The translations under genes and the position numbers were made by a program. A stretch of 63,094 bases of DNA, counting the filler, from Cladosporium halotolerans (taxonomy: Eukaryota), in the NCBI RefSeq assembly GCF_011745625.1. It is 19 parts of 19 records of this genome, joined end to end, with 100 filler letters (N's around TTAATTAATTAA, not from the genome) between each part and the next. Parts side by side here need not be neighbours in the genome. Positions count along the whole stretch, not along the records: positions 24,329 to 27,656 come from NW_027191724.1; positions 27,757 to 31,061 come from NW_027191725.1; positions 31,162 to 34,443 come from NW_027191726.1; positions 34,544 to 37,759 come from NW_027191727.1; 15 more parts are not named here. One strand, written 5' to 3'. Each line of letters begins with the position of its first letter. Within the stretch, counting starts at the first letter, position 1. Positions 25,010 to 37,759 of this stretch are shown in pieces. The notes under the pieces are model-generated. The model was given only the letters and a program-made list of their open reading frames with translations. It was not told where the DNA came from and searched no databases.

Positions 25010-27310
25010 TCGAAAGAGGTTCCTGCGACAGACTTCACCAGGATCGTTGCTATCTCCGTACGTCTGGGAGAAGGACGGAAAGGTGTGGCCCGAGGGTCAT
25101 CTGAGTTGCTACCTAGAAGAAGCAAGCGTTCGGGCGTGCGTGCCGCGGCTTCACGTCGCAAACTGAAGGCAGATCTCGGTAGCTATAGTCAAGATCAAGT
25201 TCGCCAGTCAGATCGATTATTTTGACCCCGACGAAGGTGACGAAGACGCGGAAGAGACTGCTCCAATCATCCGGATCATGACCGACCAGCGTAACCACAA
25301 GACGCGGACGGTGAACCGCGCGTATGCCAACCAGGCCGGAGCAGTGTTCAGCAACCTCTGGGATGGAAAGGTTAGGATGGGCTTGCAGGCTTCCACTCTA
25401 TGGCAGGACTTCTGGGGCGTGGAGATGATTCTCAAGAGGAAGAAACATGGGAGAGTTGGGCAAGAGTCTCGCTTGGCGAAACGGGTCGCCCCGGGCATCT
25501 ATCGTCCTCGCAAGCCTTGGTCGACATAAGCTCTCCTTGGAGGTGTGAAGAAGCTGTACGGCAACAAGGACGTAGGCTGGAAATCGACCGAGCAGGCACA
25601 AGCCCTCACGGCAATCATGTCGTGGGATGAGCAGGTCGTCGTCATCCTATCCACAGGGGCTGGGAAGAGCTTGCTTTTCATGCTTCCGTGTATCCTGCCT
25701 AACGCTGGCATAACAATACTCATCGTACCGCTCGTCTCACTCTACGGAGACATGCTTCGGCGTATAAAAGAGATGAGCATCGACCATCTGGAGTGGCATC
25801 CAGGCGAGAATCAAGAGGCCACCCTAGTACTCGTCAGCGCCGAAGCCGCCTCCTCTAAGGATTTTGTCAAGTACGCTCGGAGGCTGATAGCAGAGCAGAA
25901 GCTCGATTGGATCGTGGTCGACGAGTGCCACTTGACCGTAATAGCGGCCGAGTACCGACCCAGCATTGTCGAGCTCACAGCCATCCGGAGCCTGAGAACT
26001 CAGTTTGTTTACCTCACAGCCACCTTCTTCTGCCATCCATGCGGGCAGAGTTCGAGGAGAGGAACTATTTGAATCACCCTACAGTGATAAGAGCGTCGAG
26101 CAATCGACCGAATATTCTCTACATGGTGCGTAAGGCTGATGCTCACAAAGGAAGCTTACTCGAACACGCTAGTGTCGAGATCGAAGATGCTTGGACGAAG
26201 TCTGGCTTGTTCGATCACTCTCAAGACACATCCTTTACGTTCCGACGTGCAAGGATGCGGACGACTTGGCAGAGCTACTCGGTTGCAGCTCGTACACTGC
26301 CGGGAGTGGGACGCCAGTGGAGAAGAAGCAGATACTCGATCCCTGGACACAAGCTCCCGAGACGCCCTACATCGCAGCGACTACTGCTCTAGCCGAAGGG
26401 TCCGACTATGCGCACGTACGACTCGTCATGAACATAGACCAGCCGGAGTCGATGGTTATCTTTGCCCAAGAGTCTGGTCGGGCGAAACGGGACGGGAAAA
26501 GTGCATATTCGATGGTGTTACTTCCCGCAACCTGGCAGCCTCAGGTCTCAGATGTTCCGTTGCACGAGCCGCACGGGACGAACAACTACAGAGCTGACCC
26601 GACACTTCGGAAGCGTCACGAAAAGGAAGCAGCGCATCGATACCTACTGGGCAAGCAATGCCACCGGACCTCCCTAAGTGACTACTTGGACGTCGCTCGC
26701 CATCGAAGATGGTGCATGCCCGAAGATGTGCCTTGCGACATTTGCAAGGTGGCCCATCAGGACATGATCGATCCCGTGAAGAAAGTCGAGCAGGACGACA
26801 CACACACAGGACTTCAGCTCATCCAGCAAGAAAGGCTCCGGGCTCATACAGAACTATCGCAGTATCGTCTGGACCTAGCGAGTGTGAAGGGAACGTGCTT
26901 GCTCTGAGACAGCCAGACAGGACTGGAACCATGATTTCTCGACTTGCCCACGACGTTTCGATATCCATCAAGAAAGGAACAAAGCCAGGCGGCGGTTCGA
27001 AGAACGAGGGCGGAAATGGCTGCAGGCATACACAAGCTGCTTCTGGTGTCTGAATCCGCAATCGATCTGTCAACAAGCGGAGCTGGGAAGCAGGGGTAAT
27101 AGAGGTTGCGAACACAGAGACATTGTACTCCCGTTCTGCTTCGGAATTTTCGAGAGCGTTGAAGGGCCAGGGTGGCTTTACGAGCAATTCGAGCGGAAGT
27201 TCGAGAAGATCGAGGATTACTTTGACTGGCTAGGAGAGGAGAGTAGATTTGGAGGAGGAAGTGCGATACAAGCAGCACGAGTAGCAGGGCTAGCTCTACG
27301 ATCAGTGTAA
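25010..27310 (+). pseudogene. RecQ/TLH-like helicase with N-terminal YR-like segment and C-terminal Zn-binding region; stops and frameshifts
   Basis: LHVAN*RQISVAI...QRNHKTRTVNRAYAN, then helicase motifs TGAGKS, DECH, LTAT, ATTALAEG and QESGRAKRDG. RQC-like QCHR...CMPEDVPCDIC and a further Cys cluster CFWC follow. Confidence 0.9.
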
Positions 27311-27377
27311 GGATCCATTTTATTCTTATGCTTTACGAAGTAGGAAATTAGAGCCTAACCCCTAAGTAGTTCTAGTA

Positions 27378-27475
27378 TAGAAGTCTTCCGCACCGTGTGC
27401 ACAGATCCACCGCGTGCTCACGCGACGCATTTGTGAACACATGGCTCTATCGTCGCATATCTCGACAGCAGGAAT
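27378..27475. repeat. 98-bp segment homologous (inverted, 5 mismatches) to 47669-47766; probable Tc1-like element terminus
   Basis: Manual alignment of TAGAAGTCTTCC...GACAGCAGGAAT with the reverse complement of the contig-15 start. Confidence 0.85.
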
Positions 27476-28225
27476 GACTATCGGTACAAAACTTGGGAAC
27501 ATTGTTCGTGAATATACAATGGACATTTTATATAATCCTCAAGTCAGCAGACGAGCTGGTGTCTGAATAGCTCTTCCCGACCTTGACCTCAGCTGGATCG
27601 GAGCCTCTTGAGCCTTTGCTGCGTTTTTGATAACGGTCGGCTCTGGAAGTGTGTCTNNNNNNNNNNNNNNNNNNNNNNNNNNNNNNNNNNNNNNNNNNNN
27701 TTAATTAATTAANNNNNNNNNNNNNNNNNNNNNNNNNNNNNNNNNNNNNNNNNNNNACAGTACAGCGATCACCTCGGCCCTCTCATGTGATCGTCTGCAA
27801 GCCAACTCTTCTCTGGACTTGATGCGGGAACGAACCACTAGACCCGCAGACTTCATTTGATCATCCGTCCGTTTTGTAGAAATCCAGAACGCAAGCCCGT
27901 ATCGTTCCACTTCGGTTAACATCCCAGCCGCCCGAAAGCCCTCTCTCAGCCGTGTTAATCTCGGTCACGGTCTAGTTCCATTTCCAATACAGGTCGAAGT
28001 GCAAGCGAGGTCGCCAGGACATGATTCAGGGAGCACTGCGTGTGTGTGCGCACGCTCAAGCGCTGCAGCCACCCTCGACGATCCATGTTAGGAGGCACGC
28101 GAGCGTGCAGATTGCTGCGTCCAGCATCTTCAAAAGCGGCCATGCCCCAAGCCGCTGAAGCCGACGACATCGAGCGCGATCTCAGTCTTGTGTCTTTGCA
28201 CCATCGGTGACAGTGAACGGCCGAC

Positions 28226-30683
28226 ATGGATTCCCTCAAAGGCGTGCTGGGGAGACGAGCGAAGGTCATGGAGACGAGCACAGCAGGGTCCACGAGTAAC
28301 AGAGTCTCTCCGAGCGCCCCGGGAAGCAACAGCGAGAAAGCAGGCAACGAGCAAGACCAGATGGACATGCAGCGTCTCGGAAAGATCCCAACGCTGAGGG
28401 TTGGCTGTGACCCGGCACATGTACACAAGCAACATTCCGGCTGACATGCGGCAGAGACACTTCAGAGGCATTCATTTGGTTGCGTTTGCCTTGATCCGTG
28501 AGAGCTTCACACGCAACACCCACAAACCGAGATCTTCGCTAACGTCTTCTGTTATAGTGGGGAACACATCCGCGTGGGCCTACATGAGCATGACCTTCTC
28601 TCTGCGGAACGGAGGGACAGCTGGTACCATTTGGATGTTTGTCGTCGCGGAAATCTTTATGTTTTTCGTGGTCATGGTCAGTCGCGAGGTCCGCGAGCTC
28701 AATGTGCACCGTTCAGCTGAAATTTGACGCAGTCCATGTCAGAGATGGCCGGCATAGCTCCAACAGCCGGTGGACAGTATCGTGGGTTGCGCTTTCTTCC
28801 GACTATGGAAACTATCCAGCTGACTGAGAGACAGATTGGGTTTCCGAGTTTGCGCCGCCAAGGTCAAATCTTGTGACGTCCCCATCCCCGTGAACCGAGA
28901 CTGATGTTAGGGCGCCGCAGATACCAGAAGTTCATGAGCTACATGACAGGTGAGTGGCCAGATAAGATGCTGACGGAAACCCATAGCGGCGTGGAGACCT
29001 TGAAAGCTGACAGTAAACGTGAAGGATGGTATGCACTGCTCGGCTGGCAGAGTTCCCTCGTGGGTACTGCTTTGGCCGCCGCCCAGCTGTTCCAAGCCGT
29101 GATCGTGCTGTACAACCCGTGGTTTGCATCCAAAGGTACGGGCTGCCGTCCATTCAAACACTGCGTGCTCCACACAACTGACTACCGTTTCTGGTTTAAG
29201 GCTGGATCGGCACTCTGATCACGATCGGTCTCACGTGCCTGGCGACCTTCATCAATGTCTTCCTCTACAAAAAATTTCCCGTCCTGGAAGGACTTGCGTT
29301 GATGTTGTTGTTCGCAGTCTTCATCGCAATGGTGAGCCTCATACTTCAACGTGATACGTGCGCGCACACTGACCCGCCCACAGCTGGTCGTCCTCTGGCT
29401 CATGGGCGACCGAGGAGGCGCAGCGGTCTTCACAACGTTCTCGAGAAACGGCTGGCCGAGTGACTGGAGAGCCTGCATGGTGAATATACTGGGTCCGGTC
29501 ATCACCATCATCGGGGCGGACGCACAGGTTCACATGGCTGAGGATACGCGAGGCGCCGCACGTGTGGTACCGAGGTTGGTTTTCGCGACGTTGAGGCCAC
29601 GTCAACAGAGCTTGGGCTGATTTCTGAACACGAAGGGCGATGATCGCATCGGCGGTGGTCAACTACAGCTTTGCCTTGGCTTCGATTGTGGTAAGTCGCG
29701 GCGAGTGCGATTAGGATGGCGACAGTGACAGGTTCTCCGGAAACGCATCGCTAATGTTTCACAACAGACGGCGATGTATATGTTAGGCCCTGACATCGAC
29801 GCGATCACCAATACACCTACCGGCGTGCCCATTGCGGAGCTGCTGCTGCGCACGACGGGAAGCGTGAGGGCCACGGCCGGTTTGACGTGTCTGCTCGGCC
29901 TTTTGTTCGTCTGTTGCCTCACGAATAACGTGACGACCGCGAGTAGACAGCTGTGGTACGTGAATCCGCGAAACGCGATCGCCATCCGCTGACAGACCAA
30001 GGTCCTTCGCCCGTGACAAGGGCATTCCCTTCCACGCCTACTTCGCCCAGGTCTCTCCGACAAAGAATACGCCGGTGCGATCGACCGTCTTCACACTGTC
30101 CTTCACTTGCCTCATGTCGCTCTTCAACATAGGTTCTGCCGTCGCCCTGGCCACGTTGACTTCGTTGAGCCTGACGGGCCTGATCTCTTCCTATCAAATA
30201 GCTATCGTATCCAGGCTGTCCGCCAGGATCCGAAACGCGAAACTGCCTCCGTCGCGCTTCGATCTGGGTAAGCAACGCCCGCGGGACGCAGCCACACGAT
30301 GAACTGACCTCTCGGCAGGGCCAATATTCGGATTTTTTTGCAACGCGATCGCCTTCATCTTCCTATGCGTGGTACTGGGTGAGTATGCGCACGATCGAGG
30401 CGTCGGTCACACAGCTGACCATCCACAAACAGTGATGATGTTCTTCCCCACCACTCCAAATCCCCGACCGGCAGACATGAATTGGTCGGTGGTGATGTAC
30501 GGTTTCGTCACGGTCGTCATGCTGGTCTTCTACTTCAGGCGCGCCAAGTACATTTTCGATGGTCCTGTGACGACAGTTTCGTCGCAGTGGGACACAGCCA
30601 CGGTGAACGACCGGACCGTCTCAGCACCCGCTTGGGTGGCGGTACTGAAAGCGAAGTTTCCCAAGCTGGCAAAGACCCTTTGA
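28226..30683 (+). CDS. APC-family amino acid/amine permease (choline/GABA permease-like), many introns
   Basis: Spliced segments DMQRLGK, NGGTAGTIW, SMSEMAGIAPTAGGQY, WVSEFAP, GADAQVHMAED, TTASRQLW/SFARDKGIPF, SLFNIGS and FPTTPNP...MNWSVVMYG. Canonical GT-AG introns. Confidence 0.92.
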
Positions 30684-31161
30684 ATTGCGGACATGTCAGA
30701 CTTCAGATTGTGCAACGGCGGTCGCTGTGGATTTGTGGATTGAGAAGCATGGGAGGACCACTGCGACGGATCTTCGTCGAGTGACTGGAGGGTGGTTCGG
30801 ATGAGACTGATGTTGCGGATGTAACGCTGTAGATAGTGGAGATGATGAAGCTTATGGCGAGCAGCTTTTCCTCAGTGTCGGCCTATGTCAAAATGGTATT
30901 GATGTCAGAGGCGTCGCGTCCCGCAACGTCTGAAACTGGAAGATTGTCTTCGATTCAGCTCGTTGACCGACCGGAGCGGCAAGACGCAAGTCTCTAGGCC
31001 CTGGCCCGTTCGTCACACAGAACGGCCTCCCGAAGCCCTCGTCAGAAGACGCGGAAACCCCNNNNNNNNNNNNNNNNNNNNNNNNNNNNNNNNNNNNNNN
31101 NNNNNTTAATTAATTAANNNNNNNNNNNNNNNNNNNNNNNNNNNNNNNNNNNNNNNNNNNN

Positions 31162-32438
31162 CTCATACGGTGTCACTTCCGGCCCTTCACGATTCGCAAA
31201 GTCGCTATCTAGTACTTCATTGGATAAAAGATTTTGTCTCGGCTCTTGTCGTTTCTCACGAAGCCTTCGATCGTCGCAAAGCTCTTGCTGAGATGCAGCA
31301 GCCGCCAAAGTGTCCAGCCCTGTGCTGCCGAGGCCGTTTTCCAATTGCGCATTTATGCTTCGAGGAATGTCGTAGACCTGCTGGTCTATGCCCTGGTGCC
31401 AATCCGTGCGAAAAGCTTGTGCCAAGGGAGTCTGTACTGTGTCAAGTGCCACCAAATCCAATCCAAACCTTTGCATTGACTTGATTAAAAGATTTTTGAT
31501 CGTTCCGTGCATGCTGCCCACCTTCAGCGCGATTTCAGACATGTGCTTTTCGCAGAAATCCCATAAGTCTTTCACTTGTTCTTTTGAAAGATCGCGCTCG
31601 AATCTGGAATCTGATCAGATCATAACATGCGCTTTGGGAAACATGACGTGCAGACTTACGCGGATCGACCGCCGAGTCCTGGCATCATCAAGCCACCCAT
31701 TCCCCAAGAATTGATGACCCGGAGCCATGCTTGCGCGGTGCTACGGAAGTCATAGATGCCCCGGAAGGGAAATCCTATCAGATTTTCGAGCTCCTTGTCG
31801 CCTTCCTTGCTGATACAAATGCCGTTCTTTCGGCATTCATGGTGCATGAGCAGCGCGAGAATCCTTCTTTTGTACTCGCCAAAACGTACAGTGGCAGACG
31901 TCTTCTGAAACGATATCGCCAGTCGCTGTAATGGTGAATTCCCCTCATATGGTTCGGGAGAGATCACGAGATCATCTGACGTCCACAGCTCGCCAATTTC
32001 ATGATCACAAATCCAGGCATATCCGTCATGAAGAGTTTCGAGGGCGCTCCGCACAACGCTGGAATCGACGGCAGACTTTTGTGTCTTGGCCTCTTTGTTC
32101 CTCAAGCCTTGTCTTTCGTTGAGGAAGGCTAAGGCTAGAACAAGCTCCTCGTTTACATCCTCGCCCAGAGCTTCTGCGGCAGTCTCGTTGGGTTGGGGCG
32201 AGAGTTCCCGAATTCTTCTGCGCTTTTTGCGCCTGACAAAATCAGGTAGTATTCGTTCTTGTGTCGCTTTGTCAAGCTTAGCTATGTAGAGCTGCAGCGC
32301 GTCTTCCACTATCTGTGCTTGATTAGCAGAACGTCCAAATTTTTCGATGGCATGACTGACGACAGTTTTTGCAGACGGTCGCGCATGGCGCAAATAATAG
32401 GCTACCACTTCTTCAATGTTCTCCGAAGATCTCATATC
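31162..32438 (-). CDS. Hypothetical protein with basic NLS-like motif, one intron (~31610-31660), 3' end cut by the contig end
   Basis: ORFs 31656..32540 and 31114..31575 are joined by a GTAAGT intron. RRKKRRR motif. No family recognised. Confidence 0.6.
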
Positions 32439-34543
32439 GTCAACAGTAAAACTTGTGACATTGGAACAGTGAAGAGAAGAACAAGCACGTGAAGGGCGCA
32501 AGGTACTCCTCCCCGCATGGTAGCAAGCACGCATCGCCAAGAAAGTTCATCGACAACTTTCTTGGCGACCGTCATATTGCAAGCGAGCTCTCATCGGATC
32601 ACATTACTCTGCAGCGTTTTGCTGCAGGGGAAACCGGAACACAATGCGTTGCGTAATTGGCGAGCTGATGAGTCACTACTATGCTCGCTCTATCTGAAGC
32701 GTCTGAGTTTCTAAGAACAGATGCATGCTCTAGCCGGCCCTGCTGCAGCTCAACAACCGTACTGCTCTCGGCATTCAGCTCCGGGATCAATAGTTATTCG
32801 CCATCGCCATCGCCCAGCCATTATCTCGCGCTCCTCGCAGCGACCCTTAAGATCTTGGCCACCTTTTATGTCGGTCTCATCTTTTGCTGCACACTGCTCA
32901 TATCTGTCAGCAGAGCGCCCGCAACGAACGGCAAAGGCGCTGCACCTGGCAGGCATGGTACGGATGGTTAGCCGCGGGCTCGAATCGGACTGACCGATCG
33001 ATTGACTGACGGGAGCATATGTGCCGCTTCGGATCAGCATCCTCTGACTTTCCCACCAGTCGCTGAGCTTTTCTCAGGCGGCGGTCAAACAACAGGGACG
33101 ACGGTCGCACAGCCCTAATTCTGCTTTACTGGAGCGTCGCATCGATGCTGGCCGTCTCGCTCCCGGAGGCGACATGGGTACATGAAAAGCGCGGTGCCCA
33201 GATGTCGCTGTGCGTACGCGTCATCTTGTGCTTCCAGACGTCCCCAATAGTGCCGGCGCGCTTGATCATTCCACGTGAGTAGTTGTGGGACAACGGAAAC
33301 CACACGGGCTGGACGATGCACAACGCCACGCCGGGTGGACACCTGAGGAGGCGTCGCGTCGCGCTGTGAGCGGCTGAGCTTGTGAACCACACATCAAGCC
33401 GACACAGCTTCGGAGAGGCGAGGCTGACACATTTGTAACTACGAGCCTTGACGATTATACTGCCTCAACATCAAGCATTGCCTTCACCGCTTGTGTGAGA
33501 ACGCATTGTTGTACAGTCACTTCCACAGCCTGCATCGACTGTTGCGTGTTGCTTGACTGAGGTTCATACATGCATTCATACATCTAGACCTTTGATATTG
33601 ACGCTTGGGTAATCCGGTGGCTACATGCATCCCAGTCATCCACTAAAACCTTCCTTCACCTCCTTGTTTGAGATCGTCCAGACGAGATTGAAAGTAAACC
33701 ACACAATGCGCTCAGCCCTGGCTCCACCCCCGCAACTCCACCTTCCAGACTTGCCTGTGCTATCTGTATTGGTGGTTCAGCTATATGACGTGCCCTGCAG
33801 AAGCGACTTGGCTTGCTGCGACTCCTTTCCCAAAGACCTCAACGCCGGTCTTCCATCACCGTTCTGGGAAGAGAGTTCGGCTGACGGTGAAAGCCCTCAT
33901 GAGTTGTTGAGCCAAGCGCAAGGAGCTGCGCAGTCTCTGATCCCATCCCACGGCTCCGATGACTGAACGGGAGGTTGATCGGATGCGAGTTCACATTTGA
34001 TCACACCCGACGATTTCAGCATGAGGCTTCCATTAGAGGGACTGTCGTTCGGCCGATTGAATTGAGCATTTGCGGATCTTACCTAGCTTGCGGTGTATCC
34101 GGGCACACCTGAGAAGGCGATCCATATCGGGGAAGGCCTTTCCCGGAGGACAGCCCTCAACGATAACCACAGGCGACAGCCCCAAGCCATCCTCGAACAG
34201 ATCGTCACCACACTAGAGAAACACAGCGTACGCGTTGCAATCTCGGTCCGACATGGCTTGCAGCAGCGCAGCGGTCGATGGCAACAGGATCGTGGGCAAA
34301 GGGTGAACTTGCGAGCACTGACAATGCATCGCGTGAGAAGAAGTGATATCAGGAACACCCCTCGCCGCGGGCCGTCTTGACAGCACGCATCATTCACCGC
34401 CTCATCTTTTTCATCTCCCCAAGATGTCCAACATAGCTTACGANNNNNNNNNNNNNNNNNNNNNNNNNNNNNNNNNNNNNNNNNNNNTTAATTAATTAAN
34501 NNNNNNNNNNNNNNNNNNNNNNNNNNNNNNNNNNNNNNNNNNN

Positions 34544-36119
34544 TTCGAACGACATATTTTGCTACCGCGCATTTTTAAGGGCCGCCATCGGATCAATCCC
34601 ACCCGGGCACAAATCGCGTGCTTTGTTGTCCATTACTCCGTGACAGGACTTTACAATGCGTGGCAGGTCCATACTATTTCCGATGCTGCAAAACGTGCGG
34701 GAAGGTCGGCCCTTATACACATGCTGCCGCTTTTGACGCCCAATCATGTGTACTTTCTGTCGCATCTGTTTGGCTCCTCGCTCTCTCTCGCAGAACAAGC
34801 GCACTACATGCTTGGGTGCATGTCGATCCTGCAAGGCTCAATTCACTGCGTCCTGCAAGCCTACGAGCGCCATTGGAATCCTAGCATGGGCATTGTTGAG
34901 ATATCTGTAAGGTACGAGCAGTCTACACAAATTAGTCCGCGCTGACTTCATCATCAGGCAGTCGTAGGCCTGGGTGTTCTCGCATTATCACCTGTCGGAA
35001 AGCGTCGTTCTTACGAAATTTTCCTAATCTTTCATCGAGCTGCGCTCGTATTGCTGGTTGCCATGCTATGGTTCCATGTTGGAGCCTCCCAACATCTGAG
35101 TAGGCCGCTGCTCCTGTCTGGAACTCTACTTTACGCCGTCGCCCTGGCGTTACAGTTGATGAGGCAACTTTACGTCAACGTCAATCGCCAATTTGCTATT
35201 GGGCGCATCAAGGAAATCGATAGGGATGGCTTAGGATCTCACGTGATAGCAATAACGCCATCTCGCAGATGGACGGTGAGACCTGGTACTTACGCTCTTT
35301 TGACAGTACTAAATTGGAGGTACGCGTCTTTCCTCCAAAGGCATCCGCTTATGGTGGCGTGGGTCGAGAATTTAGACAACGACGAGGCAACTCTTTACTT
35401 TGTCGTGCAACAAAAAAATGGCTGGACATCGTGTGTCAGTGACTCATTGATCCAGCGTATGGTCTGGCTTGATGGATTTTACGGGAACCCGTACGACTCC
35501 GGCAGTCATGATCTCTCCAGTCATGATACCGTACTTCTTGTTGCGGAAGAAAACGGCATCCTCGCCCACCTTCTGATCCTCAAATGCTTGGTGGAGGGCA
35601 TTAAGTTTGGTGCCATGAAGACTCGGCGAATTGTACTGTACTGGAAAGCAAGTGGCTGTCATCACAAAATCAGGAGCTGGCTCACGGCTGCGATTAGAGA
35701 GACTGACGTTTTTTGGACCGTGAGCTTGACTTTACATTGATGCCTGCTTTTCACTGACCAAGCTGCAGTTTCTAGATATGAACATCCACTACCCTCCGGA
35801 TGCAGTCCTGTCGGGGAAACAATGGAAGAGGATCAAAGAGCACATTACGGAATCAAGCGTTGAGGAATACGTGCAAAAAGTTGTCAGCTTGAGAGGCAGC
35901 CGAAGGATTGCCATCGTTGGTAGGTCTGGCGTGATGACGCGAAGTGAACACCAGTTTTACAGTCTGCAGTATCAGCTGGCGAGCGAATGAGACAACAAGC
36001 AAGAGCTGCGGTTTTGGAGCGCGGACTGGGTGGGTTGAAAAACGAGGGAAAAAGGATGGGAAATCGAACATCAAGAGGCTCCATGAAGGTGTACGAGGAG
36101 AGCGTTGCCGGTTCCAAAC
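34544..36119 (+). CDS. Ferric reductase/NOX-like transmembrane oxidoreductase (partial, introns at ~34907-34957 and ~35720-35768)
   Basis: His pairs AHYMLG...IHCVL and FHRAAL...WFHV, plus RPGTY, QRHPLMVAW (FAD motif), LDGFYG, VLLVAEENGI (degenerate NADPH motif) and RRIVLYW. Confidence 0.82.
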
Positions 36120-37759
36120 CAGAGGTGTGCATAATCAATCAATTCAAGTTTCAGGGCCCTGACTTGCTTGATTGCCAAGGACTTTTCAGATTGATTGATT
36201 GCTTACTTCACATCGACCAGCTTGATTGATTGATTGACCAATTGATCACTAGTGGCGGCGACTCCCGCCATCTACATGCTATCGTACTCTTCATCAGACT
36301 CATCCGACGGATCGTCAAGTTCTGCGGTCGCGTTCGAAGAGTTTATCATGATTACCGATTTCTCAAAAAGGCCGCCGTCTAGATGTGCGACCCCCTGCTT
36401 GAGCCAGCTTTTCATGCACATGAGCTGTTCCATCGACTTGCTCGTGAGGCTCCGACGACGGGGTGCCAGAACGTGTCCGGTCTGCGAAAAGATTCGTTCG
36501 GGGCTCATCAGACATTGCCGGCACCGAATAGATGTCGAGTGCCATCGCCGCTAGCTGCGGCCAAACATTCTTCTTGGCGACCCAGTAAGGAATCGGTGAC
36601 TTGTCCACAGGCAGTGATCTGTCGTGCGGGGGCTCTGCGTAGTACTGCATCAGTTGGTCTACCGACGAGTGTACGTCTTCCTCGTCATCAGACCACTCGT
36701 CCACTTGCACGGACACCTTATCAGGAGACCTTTGTCTCTGCACTGCTGGCTCATCGCTCTTGTATTCTCTCCAGAGCTGCTCAATACCGACCTTCGCTTG
36801 ATCGATCCACTCTTTGTGCCCGGCCCAATGCTTCTCGAACCAACGCCACTTCTGACGAGGATGCAAAACCACAGCAGCACAAAATATGGGCGACTGATCA
36901 AGTCGGGCGTAGTATTCGTCCAACTTTTGCCAGCCGAGATTAATGTTGGTACTAAAGTGGTGCTCTGTGGCAAGATACTCGGGGTTCAGCGATCCCTTTT
37001 CCTTCCGATCCTTCAAGCTGTTCGATCTCATCTTCTGGGATTCTAGTGGTCGGTGGATGTATCGTTGATCCTCCAGGTGAGTGAGCAGGCGTTCGAATAC
37101 CGGCAGGACCTGCCATATGGCGCCAGTGCAACCTCCGATCTGGCCTTGGAGGTGTAGAGTCGCGCTCTTGAACGGTTGAAGTATCTCGTGGTACTGCACC
37201 ACTACACTCCAGTCGTCAGACGAAAGCTGATCTTGCAGGATCGAGGGTTCCTTGCCCCTCGCGTATCGCTTCTCGTGGCGCTTCTGGTCTGGGCGTCTTT
37301 GGTAATTGATCCAACTGCCGCGCTCCTCCTCGATAAAGTCATCGATAGACGCACGCAGTCTTATGGCACGCCCTGCACAATCGTCGAAGGAGTTCCACCT
37401 GGTGAAGTTGTCTTTGACGAGCTTCAGGACAGCGCCACCGTCCTCGTCTGCCGCATTCTTGCGCTGGATGTCTTCGAAAGCTTCAATACGTTGCGGGGAT
37501 GCTGTTATATACTTGACGATATTGTGCAGCCTTCCTGTGGGCCCTTTCTTTCGCCACCTGCCGAGCTCTTGTTCCTCAACGTTGAGATCTTGAAGCTCGG
37601 ACTCGAAGGCGTCGACATCGCTTCCGAAGAGAATAGCTTTCGCGACAAGGTTCAAGACATGGCCGGCGCAGCGCACATGGCGCTCAGGAGCGCTGAAGTT
37701 GAACTCTTCGCCGAGAAATTGGAGGCATGTTGCGTTGTTCGACGCATTGTCCGTGATGA
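36120..37759 (-). mobile_element. hAT transposon family 2, 3' part with terminus
   Basis: Terminus CAGAGGTGTGCATAATCAATCAA at 36120 with GATT arrays. Transposase DNASNN, CAGHVLNL, TRWNS and PAMSDE/PERIFS (36272-37759), frameshifted at ~36505. Confidence 0.92.

Noticed and set aside
25545..27310. Calling the helicase an Academ (AcademH) or Helitron element
   Set aside because: No Academ transposase or TIRs were recognised. The helicase is SF2 RecQ-like rather than PIF1/Rep, so the nearby CTAG is not a Helitron end.
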